Origin: Candidatus Latescibacterota bacterium
GTDB taxonomy: Bacteria > Latescibacterota > UBA2968 > UBA8231
Assembly: GCA_964291625.2 (NCBI GenBank)
Contig: OZ220089.1
Coordinates: forward strand, 1,888,001 to 1,952,000
Direction: 5' to 3'
Length of the DNA: 64,000 nucleotides
The position numbers and the translations under genes were made by a program. Each line of letters starts with the position of its first letter. The first letter of the stretch is position 1. Shown piece by piece: positions 1 through 10,013 of this stretch. A model generated the notes under the pieces. The model had not been told where the DNA came from and did not search any database. It saw nothing but the letters and a program-made list of their open reading frames with translations.

Positions 1-1077
1 CGCTGCCGCCATCTCCCGCGCGGCGGCCTCCCGGCCGAGGGCGGCTCCCGTGCCCAGGAGGACACGGATCAGCAGCAGGTTGTCCCCGCTGTAGACGGTG
101 GGATCGGACCACCACCGGCCGTCGGAAGCACCCAGCCTCCGCGTGCGGAAGACGCCGCGGTCCGCGTCGTACCAGTCCCGCCGCAGGATCTCGAACAGAG
201 TCCCGGCCGCCTGGCGGTGGGAGGAGGAATCGGAGGCGGCCAGCACCCTCAGCAGGCCGGCCTGCGCGGCGCCGCTCATCTCCCGCCGCGGCGTCGTCCA
301 GTCGGGCGTGTGGGAGTAGGCCAGGACCCCCCTCGAACTCCACAAGGGGCTGGCCAGGACCGCGTCGAGGGTGTGACGCGCCATCCGCCGCGCCTCGGGG
401 TCTGCGTGGAGGTCCGCCCAGGCCTGGAGGAAGGCGATCACCTGCGGCTCGGGGAACTTGTGGGGTCCGCCGAAGCCGCCGAAGCGCTCGTCGTAGTCGG
501 AGAGCACGGCGGCATGGACGCTCTTCGCCGAGAGCCGGTGGCGGCGGGCGGCGGCGGGCGGCGGCGGCACCCGCAGACGGGAGGGATCCTGGCGCCGGTG
601 GTGGTGGACGCGCGTCAGCAGCCGGGTCACGTTGTCCGCGGGAATGTCGGTGGCGCGAACCACCTCCCGGCCCGTGGAGTCGAGGACGCTGATCGACGGG
701 CATCCCGCCGGCGCGTAGCGGCGCGCCACGTGAGGCTGTCTCTCGGGATCGATGCGCACGGGCAGAAAGCGCGTCTCCGCGTTCCAGGCGGCCACCCCCT
801 CGTCGCCGGCGAAGAGGCCCCCGCAGCCGGGGCCGGAGACGTAGAGCAGGACCGGCATCCCTCGGCGGCGGGCGTCGTCGAAGGCCGCGGGCCCCCAGGA
901 CCGCCAGGCCACGGCCGAGTCGGGATCGGGCCAGATCATCGCCGTTTCGGAAGCCGGGACCGCCGACGCGTCCGGGCTCGGGCCGGGCTCCGGCTCCGGG
1001 CTGCAGGCTCCCGCGAGCACGATCGTGAGAAGGAGGCCCCCAGCGGCCATCGACGGGGGGCGCGAGGGGCGCCGCAT
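1..1077 (-). CDS. YyaL/DUF255-like thioredoxin-domain lipoprotein (3' end beyond window)
   Basis: Manual translation, absent from the ORF track because no stop falls in the window: lipobox VLAGAC, VAWRSWGPAAFDDARRRGMPVLL, FLPVRIDPERQPHVARRY, YDERFGGFGGPHKFPEP. Start at 1077 or 1050. Confidence 0.75.
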   Translation of the reverse strand, partial: MRRPSRPPSMAAGGLLLTIVLAGACSPEPEPGPSPDASAVPASETAMIWPDPDSAVAWRSWGPAAFDDARRRGMPVLLYVSGPGCGGLFAGDEGVAAWNAETRFLPVRIDPERQPHVARRYAPAGCPSISVLDSTGREVVRATDIPADNVTRLLTRVHHHRRQDPSRLRVPPPPAAARRHRLSAKSVHAAVLSDYDERFGGFGGPHKFPEPQVIAFLQAWADLHADPEARRMARHTLDAVLASPLWSSRGVLAYSHTPDWTTPRREMSGAAQAGLLRVLAASDSSSHRQAAGTLFEILRRDWYDADRGVFRTRRLGASDGRWWSDPTVYSGDNLLLIRVLLGTGAALGREAAAREMAAA

Positions 1078-1114
1078 GGCGGCGGGGAAGGGTAGCCTCC
1101 CATGTCCCGAAGCG

Positions 1115-1702
1115 TCAACTGTCCGGCGGCGGGTCGAGATCGGAGGCCAGGATCGCGTAGATCGCCAGGTCCTCGAAGGATTCCCACTTCAGCACCTGCT
1201 GCCTCAGGATGCCTTCCAGCTTGAGCCCCGCCTTCTGCATCACCCGCCCCGAGGCGGGGTTCTTCGTCATGTGTCGCGCCTCGATCCGGTTCAGGCCGAG
1301 CTCCTCGAAGCCGTACCGGACCACCCCCTGCACGGCCTCGGTGCAGTAGCCCAAGTTCCAGAAGGCCTTGCCGATCCAGTAGCCCAGCTCTCCCCGTCGA
1401 TGCTTCTCGTCAATGCTCATGCCGATGGCGCCGACAAGCTCTCCCGATCTCAGGGTGATGGCGAATACCATCCGGGACCCCTGCTGGAAGGCGGCCTCAT
1501 GACCGCCGATCCACTCCTCGGCCACGCCGTCCTCGTAGGGGTGGGGCACGTTCGTCGTGGCGGCCACCTCCCGGTCGCCGGCCAGCCTCTGCACGTCCTT
1601 CGCGTCCTCCAGGGAGAAGGGGCGCAGGACCAGCCGACCGGTGGTCAGCCGCGGCCAGGTCTTCGTGGAGGTCTTGCCCTCCGGCTGCGGGGCCTCAGAC
1701 AT
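1115..1702 (-). CDS. GNAT N-acetyltransferase, RimJ/RimL family
   Basis: RLVLRPF, ELGYWIGKAFWNLGY, NPASGRVMQKAG. Confidence 0.9.
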   Translation of the reverse strand: MSEAPQPEGKTSTKTWPRLTTGRLVLRPFSLEDAKDVQRLAGDREVAATTNVPHPYEDGVAEEWIGGHEAAFQQGSRMVFAITLRSGELVGAIGMSIDEKHRRGELGYWIGKAFWNLGYCTEAVQGVVRYGFEELGLNRIEARHMTKNPASGRVMQKAGLKLEGILRQQVLKWESFEDLAIYAILASDLDPPPDS

Positions 1703-1748
1703 CAGCCATTCGACCTCGCCCGCAGAGAACGGCGTCTTCCCGTCCCCG

Positions 1749-3098
1749 TCACGCCGGGCATGTGGAGAGCCTCCCTTCGGCCGCTGCCGCCGGATCGCGG
1801 CCGATCCGGCCGAAGTTCCTGAGAGCCAGGTGGTATCCGACGTTCCGGAGAATGTTCCACCAGAGGCCTGTCCTCGACCGCCGCATCCGCTCGGCCATGG
1901 AGCCGATCGAGTAGAACTCCCGGGCCGCCCACTCCGTCCCCATCAGCAGCTCCTCCGGGGACATCCGGGCGGGCTCGAAGACGACGTGCTTCTTGCCGTC
2001 GTACTTCGACCAGTCCCGGGTCAGGATGCGCCCCTCCGCGTCCAGCCGGCGGAACAAGGCCGTATTGGGGAACGGCACCAGAATCCCGATGGTGGCCGAA
2101 TCGACGGCGATCTCCCGGAAGTGGTCCACCGTGTCCCGGAAGATGGACCGCTCGTCGCTGTCGAAACCGAAGACGGTACCGGCCTGGATCGCGATTCCGT
2201 GCGAGTGAAGTCGGCTCACCGCCTCGTGGTACCGAGAGACGTCGTTGTGCTTCTTGTTGGCGCCGTTCAGGCTCGCCTGCGAGACCGACTCGAGGCCGAT
2301 GAAGAGGGCCTTGCAGCCGCTCTTGGCCGCAAGGCGCAGAAACTCGTCGTCGAAGGCCGCATCCAGAGTCGCCTGGCTCGTCCACCACCGGCCCAGTGGA
2401 GCGATCGCCTCGAAGAGCTCCTTGGAATACCTGCGGTTCGCGCTGATGTTGTCATCCCAGAACACCAGCGCCTTGCCGGGCATCCGGCGGATCTCGTCCG
2501 CCACCTCGCCGACGGGGCGGTAGCGCATCCGCCGCTTGTACATCGCCGGTATCGTGCAGTAGTCGCAGTCGAAGGGGCAACCGCGCGTGGCGATGGTCAC
2601 CCCCTTGCAGTAGACACGGCCCTTGATCAGGTCCCAACGGGGCGGCGGCATGCCCTTCAGGTCGGGCAGGGTCTCGCAGTCATAGACCTTGGCCAGCCGC
2701 CCCTCCTCGAAGTCCTCGAGGAGACGCGGCCAGAGCAGCTCTCCTTCGCCGACGACGACGGCATCCGCGTGCTCGCCGACCTCTTCCGGCATGAGGGTTG
2801 CGTGAGGACCGCCGATGGCCACCGGGATCCCCAGGTCGCGGTATCTCCCGGCCAGCCCGTAGGCATGAGGGGCGGCGGCGGTGTTGGCGGTGATGCCCAC
2901 CAGGGAGTAAGGGCGGTCGAAGCGGACCCGCTGGACGATCTCGTCGGTATGCGTGACCCGCCAGTGCTCGGGGGTGTACGCCGCGATGAGCGGCATGGTG
3001 AGCTGGGGGAAGCGGATGATCCGGCGGTGGCGGACGAACCGCGACGCTTCGGACTCCGCCGTGATCAGCTCAACCCAGTGTGTGTAGCGCCGGCCCAC
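1749..3098 (-). CDS. B12-binding-domain radical SAM protein
   Basis: IGGPHAT and VVGEGE cobalamin-binding motifs; RGCPFDCDYC (CxxxCxxC); FIGLES. Confidence 0.9.
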   Translation of the reverse strand: MGRRYTHWVELITAESEASRFVRHRRIIRFPQLTMPLIAAYTPEHWRVTHTDEIVQRVRFDRPYSLVGITANTAAAPHAYGLAGRYRDLGIPVAIGGPHATLMPEEVGEHADAVVVGEGELLWPRLLEDFEEGRLAKVYDCETLPDLKGMPPPRWDLIKGRVYCKGVTIATRGCPFDCDYCTIPAMYKRRMRYRPVGEVADEIRRMPGKALVFWDDNISANRRYSKELFEAIAPLGRWWTSQATLDAAFDDEFLRLAAKSGCKALFIGLESVSQASLNGANKKHNDVSRYHEAVSRLHSHGIAIQAGTVFGFDSDERSIFRDTVDHFREIAVDSATIGILVPFPNTALFRRLDAEGRILTRDWSKYDGKKHVVFEPARMSPEELLMGTEWAAREFYSIGSMAERMRRSRTGLWWNILRNVGYHLALRNFGRIGRDPAAAAEGRLSTCPA

Positions 3099-3121
3099 TC
3101 TTGTGCTCCCGGCAAGCCCCG

Positions 3122-3274
3122 CTATTCGGAGCCTCCAGTTGCTCTCCGTGTGGCGAGGTACTCACGTAGCCTGTCGATCGCCACAGTGTCAACGTCCCGG
3201 CACGGCGCACCCGCAGGGCCCTCGTGGGGATTATCCTTCTCGTCCAGTTGGGCCGGGTCACGGTCATGTTGCAC
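3122..3274 (-). CDS. Putative 50-aa small peptide upstream of the radical SAM gene
   Basis: GGAGGG RBS before GTG; MQHDRDPAQLDEKDNPHEGPAGAPCRDVDTVAIDRLREYLATRRATGGSE; stop 23 nt before the rSAM start. Confidence 0.4.
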   Translation of the reverse strand: MQHDRDPAQLDEKDNPHEGPAGAPCRDVDTVAIDRLREYLATRRATGGSE

Positions 3275-3374
3275 GGTTCCCTCCCGGTGTAGCAGGGCGA
3301 ACTGCCCTGAGGCTATCTTCCCGGCCTGGCACCGCGCAGTGCGCCGCTCTCCCGCTGGAGTCTCCCTGTAGACA

Positions 3375-3932
3375 ATGCCGTCGTCCAGAACACCCTGCCG
3401 TCGTGGCCCTCGAGCCCTGACAGCCGCAGCGATCGCCGCCGTACTCGCAACGACGGCATGCGACCGCGGCCTCGAGGCCGAGCCGCCCCTCACCGGCATC
3501 GCCGGCACCGTGACCTTTCTGGGGGAGTGGCCGGAGGAGATCGGCGAGGTGGCGGTCGCCGTGTACCGCGATCTGCCCGAGGAGCCGGCGGACCTCTTCG
3601 GGCTCAGCGGCACCGATCAAAACGTTCCCCTCGGCAGCCGCAGCTACGACTACTTCGTGCCCATCCAGAGGGAAGGGACATACCGCTGGATCATCGTCGC
3701 CTGGCGGCGGCCGGAGGCCTTCTGGGACTTCACCTCCCTCCTCGGGTGCTATCACGCCGAGGGCGATTCGCTTCCCGGGGCGGTCGATGTCTCTCCCGGC
3801 CTCGTCACCAGCGGCATCGATCTGACCATCGACCTCGGCGTGATCGCCGATCCTCCCGAGCTCGGCTCCACCCCCTGCACGGCGGTGCTGCCCCAGAGCC
3901 TGATCGAGGCGGCCCAGGCGGGACAGGAGTGA
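3375..3932 (+). CDS. Lipoprotein, partner of the TonB-dependent receptor
   Basis: Lipobox LATTAC; stop overlaps the receptor start. Confidence 0.75.
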   Translation: MPSSRTPCRRGPRALTAAAIAAVLATTACDRGLEAEPPLTGIAGTVTFLGEWPEEIGEVAVAVYRDLPEEPADLFGLSGTDQNVPLGSRSYDYFVPIQREGTYRWIIVAWRRPEAFWDFTSLLGCYHAEGDSLPGAVDVSPGLVTSGIDLTIDLGVIADPPELGSTPCTAVLPQSLIEAAQAGQE

Positions 3933-6211
3933 TGGCGGCCCGTCCGTTCCTCCTGGCGCTGCTGGCAGGCGGCCTGCTCTCGTCCGCCTCCGCGGCCCCG
4001 GCGGCCGGCGCCGGGATCAGCGGCCGGATCGCGGCGGCCGGCGACAGCTCCGCCCTGGCCGGGGCGAGTCTCTACCTGAAGAAGAGCGGACAGGGGGTCC
4101 TCGCCGGGAAGGGAGGCCGCTTCCGATTCGCGGTGGAGCCGGGGTCGGAGCTGCTCGTCGTCTCCTTCCTCGGCTATGGCACCCGCACGGTTCCCGTCGA
4201 GGTCGGGGAGGGGGAGTCCCTCGATCTCGGAGTCCTGCTCCTGGAGGAGTCCGCGGTGGAGCTGCCCGGAGTGGTGGTCACGGCGACCCGCAGGCCGCAG
4301 CTGTTCTCCGAAGCGCCGATCAGCATGTCGGTGACCGACCGGCGCGAGCTGACCGGCTTCAACTCCTTCAGCCTGTCGGGGCCCCTGCGCCATCTGCCCG
4401 GTGTCAGCCAGGTGGGCAGCCAGGTCAGCATCCGCGGCTCCAGCGGGTACAGCCGCGGCACCGGCAGCCGCGTGCTCCTGCTCTTCGACGGCGTCCCCGC
4501 CCTCTCGGCCGACCAGGCCGACATCAAGTGGGACATCATCCCCGTCACCGAGGTGGAGCGGGTCGAGCTGATCAAGGGGGCCGGCTCGGCCCTCTACGGT
4601 ACCGGGGCCCTCGGCGGCGTCATCAACGTCATCACCCGCTCGCCGTCGGAGCTTCCGGAGACCCGCTTCCGCCTCGTGAGCGGCCTCTACGACCAGCCGG
4701 CCCACCCGTCCTGGGAGTGGCGGGACCTCATGTACCTCGGCGGCGTCGACCTCAGCCACTCCCGCACGACGGCCGCGGGCGGCTACCTCGTCTCCGCGGG
4801 ACACAAGCGCCGGTCGGGGTACCGCGAGAACAACGAGGCGACCCGCTACAACCTCTTCGCCAAGGGGACCCGCCGGCTCGGCCGGCACACCCGCTGGACC
4901 GGCCTGGCCAGCTGGGCCCACGACGACCACGGGGTCTTCCTGCAGTGGAAGGACCGCGCCACGCCGCTGCTGGTGCCGGAGGGCGACCGCGGCGCGGCCA
5001 CCGTCTCGTGGAAGCTCAACCTCAACACCGAGGTGACCCACCTACTGAACCCCGGGACGAATCTCACCTGGCGCGGGTTCTACTTCCGCACCGACTTCGA
5101 CAACACCCGCGCCGCCGGGGGCCTGGCGTCGGCGGGACACAAGATCGGCACCGAGACGCAGCTCGACCTCGGGGAGCGCCTCGGCAGCCGCGGAGTCATC
5201 GTCGGCGCCACCGGGATCTACGACCTGGCGCGGTCGCCGGCCGACTTCCTCGGGCAGCGGACCGTGCTCAACACGGCGCTCTACGCCCAGAACGTGGTGG
5301 ACCTCCGGGACCTGGAGCTCACCCTCGGACTGCGCGCCGACCTCCATCGCCGCGGCGCCGGAGAAGCCGCGCCGGCCGGCGGCCCGTGTGGGTCGGCGGC
5401 GGGAAGCGACGGAATCGCGGCGCACTCGGAGGCCCAGTTCAGCCCCCAGATCGGGTTGTCATGGAAGGCGGCCCCGGGCGCCTTCCGGCTCTCGGCCGGC
5501 CGCGGCTTCAGGGCCCCCTCGGTCACCGAGATCCACGTCCAGGCCGACGCTTCGGGAATCCTGGTCTGTCCGAACCCCGATCTCGCCTCGGAGAGCAGCT
5601 GGTCGTACGAGGCGGGGATCCGGCGGGTCCTCGGCGGCGCGCTCGCCGTCGACGCCGCCCTGTTCTGGAACGAGTTCGAAGGGCTGATCGAGGCCCGGCC
5701 CGATCCGACCTCCTCGGTCGTCCCGAGGGCCAGCTTCCGCAACATCTCCAGGGCGCGCATTCGCGGACTCGAGCTGGAGCAGCAGCTGGCCCTTCCCCTC
5801 GGGGCGCTGTGGAAGGCCTCCTACACCTACGTCGATGCCGAGGAGTTCCTCGCGGAAGGGGTTCCGCTGCCGCCCTACTGTCACGACGACCTGAGCCCCG
5901 GGGATACGGCGCCCCTGCCGTACCGATCCCGCCACGCCGTCACGACCAGCCTGGGAATGGCGAGGGGGCACGGCCGCGGCGGGGTGACCTTCCGCTACAC
6001 GAGCCGCTTCGACAGGGTGTCAGGGCTGTTCGCGGAGTGTGGGCGGGACCACCTGCCCGTCTACCTCGTCGACGCCTTCGTCGAACGCCGAATCGGCGCG
6101 GCGACGCTGACTCTTCGCGTCGACAACCTGCTGCGCTACCACTACATCCTGTCGGAGCGCGAGATACGCCCCCTGCGGCGGGTCACGCTGGCGCTGTCGG
6201 GGACGCTGTAG
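3932..6211 (+). CDS. TonB-dependent receptor with N-terminal carboxypeptidase-regulatory-like domain
   Basis: Signal peptide; VSFLGY; VVVTATR; plug motif VERVELIKGAGSALYGTGALGGVINVIT; barrel GRGFRAPS, LRVDNLL. Confidence 0.92.
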   Translation: MAARPFLLALLAGGLLSSASAAPAAGAGISGRIAAAGDSSALAGASLYLKKSGQGVLAGKGGRFRFAVEPGSELLVVSFLGYGTRTVPVEVGEGESLDLGVLLLEESAVELPGVVVTATRRPQLFSEAPISMSVTDRRELTGFNSFSLSGPLRHLPGVSQVGSQVSIRGSSGYSRGTGSRVLLLFDGVPALSADQADIKWDIIPVTEVERVELIKGAGSALYGTGALGGVINVITRSPSELPETRFRLVSGLYDQPAHPSWEWRDLMYLGGVDLSHSRTTAAGGYLVSAGHKRRSGYRENNEATRYNLFAKGTRRLGRHTRWTGLASWAHDDHGVFLQWKDRATPLLVPEGDRGAATVSWKLNLNTEVTHLLNPGTNLTWRGFYFRTDFDNTRAAGGLASAGHKIGTETQLDLGERLGSRGVIVGATGIYDLARSPADFLGQRTVLNTALYAQNVVDLRDLELTLGLRADLHRRGAGEAAPAGGPCGSAAGSDGIAAHSEAQFSPQIGLSWKAAPGAFRLSAGRGFRAPSVTEIHVQADASGILVCPNPDLASESSWSYEAGIRRVLGGALAVDAALFWNEFEGLIEARPDPTSSVVPRASFRNISRARIRGLELEQQLALPLGALWKASYTYVDAEEFLAEGVPLPPYCHDDLSPGDTAPLPYRSRHAVTTSLGMARGHGRGGVTFRYTSRFDRVSGLFAECGRDHLPVYLVDAFVERRIGAATLTLRVDNLLRYHYILSEREIRPLRRVTLALSGTL

Positions 6212-6249
6212 GGCCACTCCGTCTCGGGAGTGTCCCTCGGCTCTGATCC

Positions 6250-6723
6250 TCAGTACCGATAGGGGATCAGGCACAGGCCCAGTTTCGCAAGCAGCAGGAT
6301 GACGATTGCGCTGCCCCAAATGAGGCTCCCGTCACGCACCTTCAGAAGCCAGTTGAGAAGTCCGCCCTTTATGGCAACACCCGACTTCGAGAGCAGGAAC
6401 AGTATGTCGGACAGAATGAGAATGCCCAGAACCAGGCCGGCAAGGTTTGAGAGGAAGGCCCCGCAATAGGACAGAAAGACAAAGAAAGTCGCCGCAGTCC
6501 ATCCACCGGGGACACGATCCAGATCCGAAAGCTCCACTCCCAGGCGCACAGCGGGCGACGCCCATGCCAATACGCCCGACCCGAAGATGTAGACCCCCAG
6601 CCAGCGCAGACTCTCGAGCTTGCAGCTTCGGCTCATCCTGATGCCGAAGATCAGGAGCAGAGCGCACAGGACGAGGGTGGGAGCCCAGGCAAGAACTGCA
6701 AGAATACCCAGGTACGGATCCAT
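6250..6723 (-). CDS. Hypothetical multi-TM membrane protein (paralog 1)
   Basis: Hydrophobic helices; aligns with the next ORF; lower GC. Confidence 0.7.
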   Translation of the reverse strand: MDPYLGILAVLAWAPTLVLCALLLIFGIRMSRSCKLESLRWLGVYIFGSGVLAWASPAVRLGVELSDLDRVPGGWTAATFFVFLSYCGAFLSNLAGLVLGILILSDILFLLSKSGVAIKGGLLNWLLKVRDGSLIWGSAIVILLLAKLGLCLIPYRY

Positions 6724-6756
6724 CTGTTCCCTCCTTTCAGGCGCGGCTCTTGGAGA

Positions 6757-7149
6757 TCAGGGGACCAGGACCAAAGCTGCGCTCGACAGCAGTAGTATGA
6801 GCATGACGATCCCCCAGGTGGTACTGCGTTCCCGCACCCTGATGAGCTTGTTCCACAGCCTGCCTTCCACTGCAATGTTGGCCTTCGAAAGCACGAACAG
6901 TACATCCGACAGAACCAGAATGGCCAGAACCAGTCTGGTCGCGTCATGCAAGAAGGCAGCCCAGAGGATGTCATGGACGTCGAGCGCCTTCCATACCACT
7001 TCCACTCCGAAAGATGCAACAATGTACAGGGCCAGCCAGGGCAGACTTACCAGCTCGTACCTCCGGTATGCCTCGACCCCGACGATCAGAAGCAGCACCC
7101 AGAGAGCCAGACGGGGAAGAAGCGCCACAAAGCCGAAGTCCATTCCCAT
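6757..7149 (-). CDS. Hypothetical multi-TM membrane protein (paralog 2)
   Basis: SLPWLALYI and LVLAILVLSDVLFVLSK match paralog 1. Confidence 0.7.
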   Translation of the reverse strand: MGMDFGFVALLPRLALWVLLLIVGVEAYRRYELVSLPWLALYIVASFGVEVVWKALDVHDILWAAFLHDATRLVLAILVLSDVLFVLSKANIAVEGRLWNKLIRVRERSTTWGIVMLILLLSSAALVLVP

Positions 7150-7191
7150 CCTACTTGCTCACTTCCAGTTCAGAGGGGGCGTTCCGCTCAG

Positions 7192-7617
7192 TCACCTGAG
7201 ATCCACGATCGAGAAGTGATGACTCGCGATTTTGAACCCCTCGCGAAGATAGAACCTGTGGGCGGGAAACCGCTTAACGCCCGAATCCAGATGGATCTGC
7301 TCGCATCCACTCTCTCGGGCATGACACTTGAGCCAGTCCATCATGGCACGGCCCAGACCCGAGGATCGCCGCTCCGAGTCCGTGACCAGATCTTCGATGT
7401 ACATGTGCTTTCCCCAGGCCAGCCTGGTCTCGATCACGAATCCCGCGGCACAGACCGCCCGGCCATCCTCCTCGGCGTAGGCGATCCTGTACCCCCTCTC
7501 CTGCTGGGCCTCGATCTGCGAGACCATGCCGTCCAAGTCATAGCCGGATCGCAGCTGGAGCATCAGACTTCCGACGACCTCCAGCTCGGATCCGCCCTCC
7601 GCAATCCTGATTTCCAC
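7192..7617 (-). CDS. GNAT N-acetyltransferase
   Basis: YIEDLVTDSERRSSGLG, LDSG, AHRFY; GTG start near 7617 after a GGAG RBS. Confidence 0.88.
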   Translation of the reverse strand: MEIRIAEGGSELEVVGSLMLQLRSGYDLDGMVSQIEAQQERGYRIAYAEEDGRAVCAAGFVIETRLAWGKHMYIEDLVTDSERRSSGLGRAMMDWLKCHARESGCEQIHLDSGVKRFPAHRFYLREGFKIASHHFSIVDLR

Positions 7618-7672
7618 TGGGTCTCCCCCTGGAGCTGGCTGCGGCCGGATCCCACACCTGCTCATGGCTTGC

Positions 7673-7966
7673 TCACAGTTGACAGGACTGGGGATGCTCC
7701 TTCAGGACCTCGGCACACAGCTTCTGGCACTCGCTGCAGATCGTGCCCGCGGCGCCACGCTTCGAGAGAATGGTGGGCACTTCGTCCAGCCCCCGATGAC
7801 AACACCGGCACGGCTCTTCGGCATTGATCTGCCAGCCGGGGGCGGCCTCTCCCGCTAGCACCCCACCGCACGCGGCCACGCAGTCACTGCAGATGTGCAC
7901 GGACCGGCCCGTAACGAGCAGGACGGAACCACCGACCGACTGCCCGCAGAACGAACATGGGTGCAT
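7673..7966 (-). CDS. Standalone tandem ClpX-type C4 zinc-finger protein
   Basis: CSFCG...ICSDCV and CRCC...ICSECQ. Confidence 0.7.
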   Translation of the reverse strand: MHPCSFCGQSVGGSVLLVTGRSVHICSDCVAACGGVLAGEAAPGWQINAEEPCRCCHRGLDEVPTILSKRGAAGTICSECQKLCAEVLKEHPQSCQL

Positions 7967-7973
7967 GTCGGAC

Positions 7974-9043
7974 CTACCCGTACACGGCCTGGATCATGGC
8001 ATTGATATAGCCGAAGCAGTAGGCGTAGGACTGGTAGTGGCCCTTCGGATCGTCCGCGGTGCGCGGGACGTGGTCGGGATCGATGCCGTAACAGTACCCG
8101 GTGTCCTTCAGGGCCTTCAGCACCAGGTGAAAGTCCATGTCTCCTTCGTCGGGCAGGGCCTCGCGGAAGCTGTACCGTCCCCCCAGCAGGTTGCGGTAGT
8201 GAACCAGGAAGATCGTATCGCGGCGGCCGAAGTACTCGATGATGGGGTAGATCTCAGTCGCCGGATCTTCCAGTCCTTCGGCGACGGAACCAACGCAGAA
8301 GTTCCACCCGTGATACGGACTGCGCTGTATCTCGATGAAACGCTTCATGCCCTCGAACTCGTTGAGGACCTTGTCCACGCCCCTGTACCCGAGGGGTACG
8401 GCAGGATCCTCCTGGGAGTTGCCCAGCCGAACCTTGAACTCCTCCGCCACGGGTATCATGCGATCGAGGAGATACTCGATCCGCTCCCAGTGCATCTCCG
8501 CGGTGACACGCCCCGCTTCGGTGAGCTTGGCCTGCTCTTCCGCCGGGATCTTCTCCAGGCGGAAGGCGGTGTGCATGTAGCCGCCGCGGCCTTCCTCCTG
8601 TTCCGTGCGGTCGATGTTCAGGATGCAGGTGTTGTAGCGGAGAGAGTCGATGCCGGCGCGTGAGGCGGTGCGGATCATTTCGCACACGAGGTCGATGTCG
8701 CGGTCCCGATCCGGGCTCTTCCCCCAGTAGATGATGCTGGGGAACTCCTGATATATGGGCAGCAGGCTCAGATCCAGTGACAGGCCGAAGGCCTCGTGGC
8801 GCTCTCTCTCCTGGATCAACTCCTCGAGGACCCAGCCCCGGCCGGGGTGGAAGGGGAAGTTGGCGGCCTTGTGGCGGACGCCGCAGCGCTGCAGGAAACG
8901 CAACTCCTCGTCCGTCGACCCGAAGCCCTGGGTGCGCACATACATGCGCTCCCCATTTCCCGATGTCTGCGATGCGCCTCCGGCGGCGGAAGCCGCAGCC
9001 TCACCGGCTGCGATGCCTCTCTCAAGTGGATCGGATGCCTTCA
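7974..9043 (-). CDS. Mannonate dehydratase (UxuA) family protein
   Basis: PVAEEFKVRL, EDP, NFCVGS, VHYRN, DEGDMD, PDHVP; start uncertain (about 8945 or 9043). Confidence 0.85.
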
Positions 9044-9127
9044 TTTCTGGTCCTTTCGTCTGATTTGGCGTTTTCTGGTGAGAACGGGAGACCGACGCGG
9101 GATCCGCTCGGCAGAGGCGTATTTCGC

Positions 9128-9544
9128 CTACTCCGCGTCGTGCCTGCAGGACCGGGACCGGCAGAGCATGTAGTTGCGGGTGTGGGCGACGACGAGCAGG
9201 GCTGCGGACCCCAGGGTCGCAAGCCGCTCCCCCAGCTCTCCAACCAGGTCGTGCAATACCAGGCCCGATAGGACAATGCCCGTGAGACCTAGCGCTCCGA
9301 AGAGGACCATCCATCGGTCCCTGTGCCGCCAGCAGCCAAGGGAGAAAGCCAGCACGGCAGAAGGCACAAGGAACCACAACATCAGGCGATGGAAGGCTTC
9401 ATCCTCAAGGAATACAGTGGGCACCGCGGCCCCGAGAACGAGAAGGGTGGGCATGGCGATACAGTGGACAGCGCAGACACTCGCGCCCAGCATTCCGATG
9501 CCGTCCGCTACGGTCCTGACATCCAGTGCAAGGGTTCGCTTCAT
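9128..9544 (-). CDS. MerC-domain membrane protein
   Basis: DGIGMLGASVCAVHC, E..H, four TM helices, AHTRNY. Confidence 0.82.
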   Translation of the reverse strand: MKRTLALDVRTVADGIGMLGASVCAVHCIAMPTLLVLGAAVPTVFLEDEAFHRLMLWFLVPSAVLAFSLGCWRHRDRWMVLFGALGLTGIVLSGLVLHDLVGELGERLATLGSAALLVVAHTRNYMLCRSRSCRHDAE

Positions 9545-9689
9545 CCGATCTTCCTCTTGGCCAGGTGGGATATCCGACTCGAAGGTATGTGCAGGTGTAG
9601 AGAGCCGCAAAGGTGGACCCCGACGATCGATCCGGTTCCGCAGAGGCCTTCGCCTTGGCCTACACGAATACTGAGGGCGAGACGCCGAA

Positions 9690-9900
9690 TCGCCTTGATG
9701 CTGTTCCTCCCAGGCGTGGACAACGGCACCAAGCGTGTCGAGCAGAGAATAGAGCGGATGCTGCTCATCAGTGCCGACTTCATCGATCAGGCCGTTGAGC
9801 CGATCCAGGGCCAAGTCGTATTCCTCTCGTTCTCAATCTTGAGCAACGCGCTCACTCGCTTCCAGGGTCGGAGGTACTCCGGCAGCCCGCGGATCAAGAT
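9690..9900 (-). pseudogene. Truncated, frameshifted HigA-type antitoxin
   Basis: LLKIENE/EYDLALDRLNGLIDEVGTDEQHPLYSLLDTLGAVVHAWEEQH resembles a HigA N-terminus; HTH domain missing; no toxin nearby. Confidence 0.65.
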
Positions 9901-10013
9901 TCCACTCGCCCCGTTGCTGGACCCTTACGATCGATCCTGTTAGGTTGCGCACCCCCGCCCACCGGCGCCGGGCCGGCCATGGCGCCGCCAGATCATGAAA
10001 GGATACGAACACC

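Noticed and set aside
9128-9814. HigA-MerC fusion protein
   Set aside because: The HigA part is a frameshifted fragment that happens to be in frame, and MerC has its own RBS and ATG at 9544.
6250-9900. Low-GC run of short same-strand genes as integron cassettes
   Set aside because: I could not identify repeated attC sites or an integron integrase.
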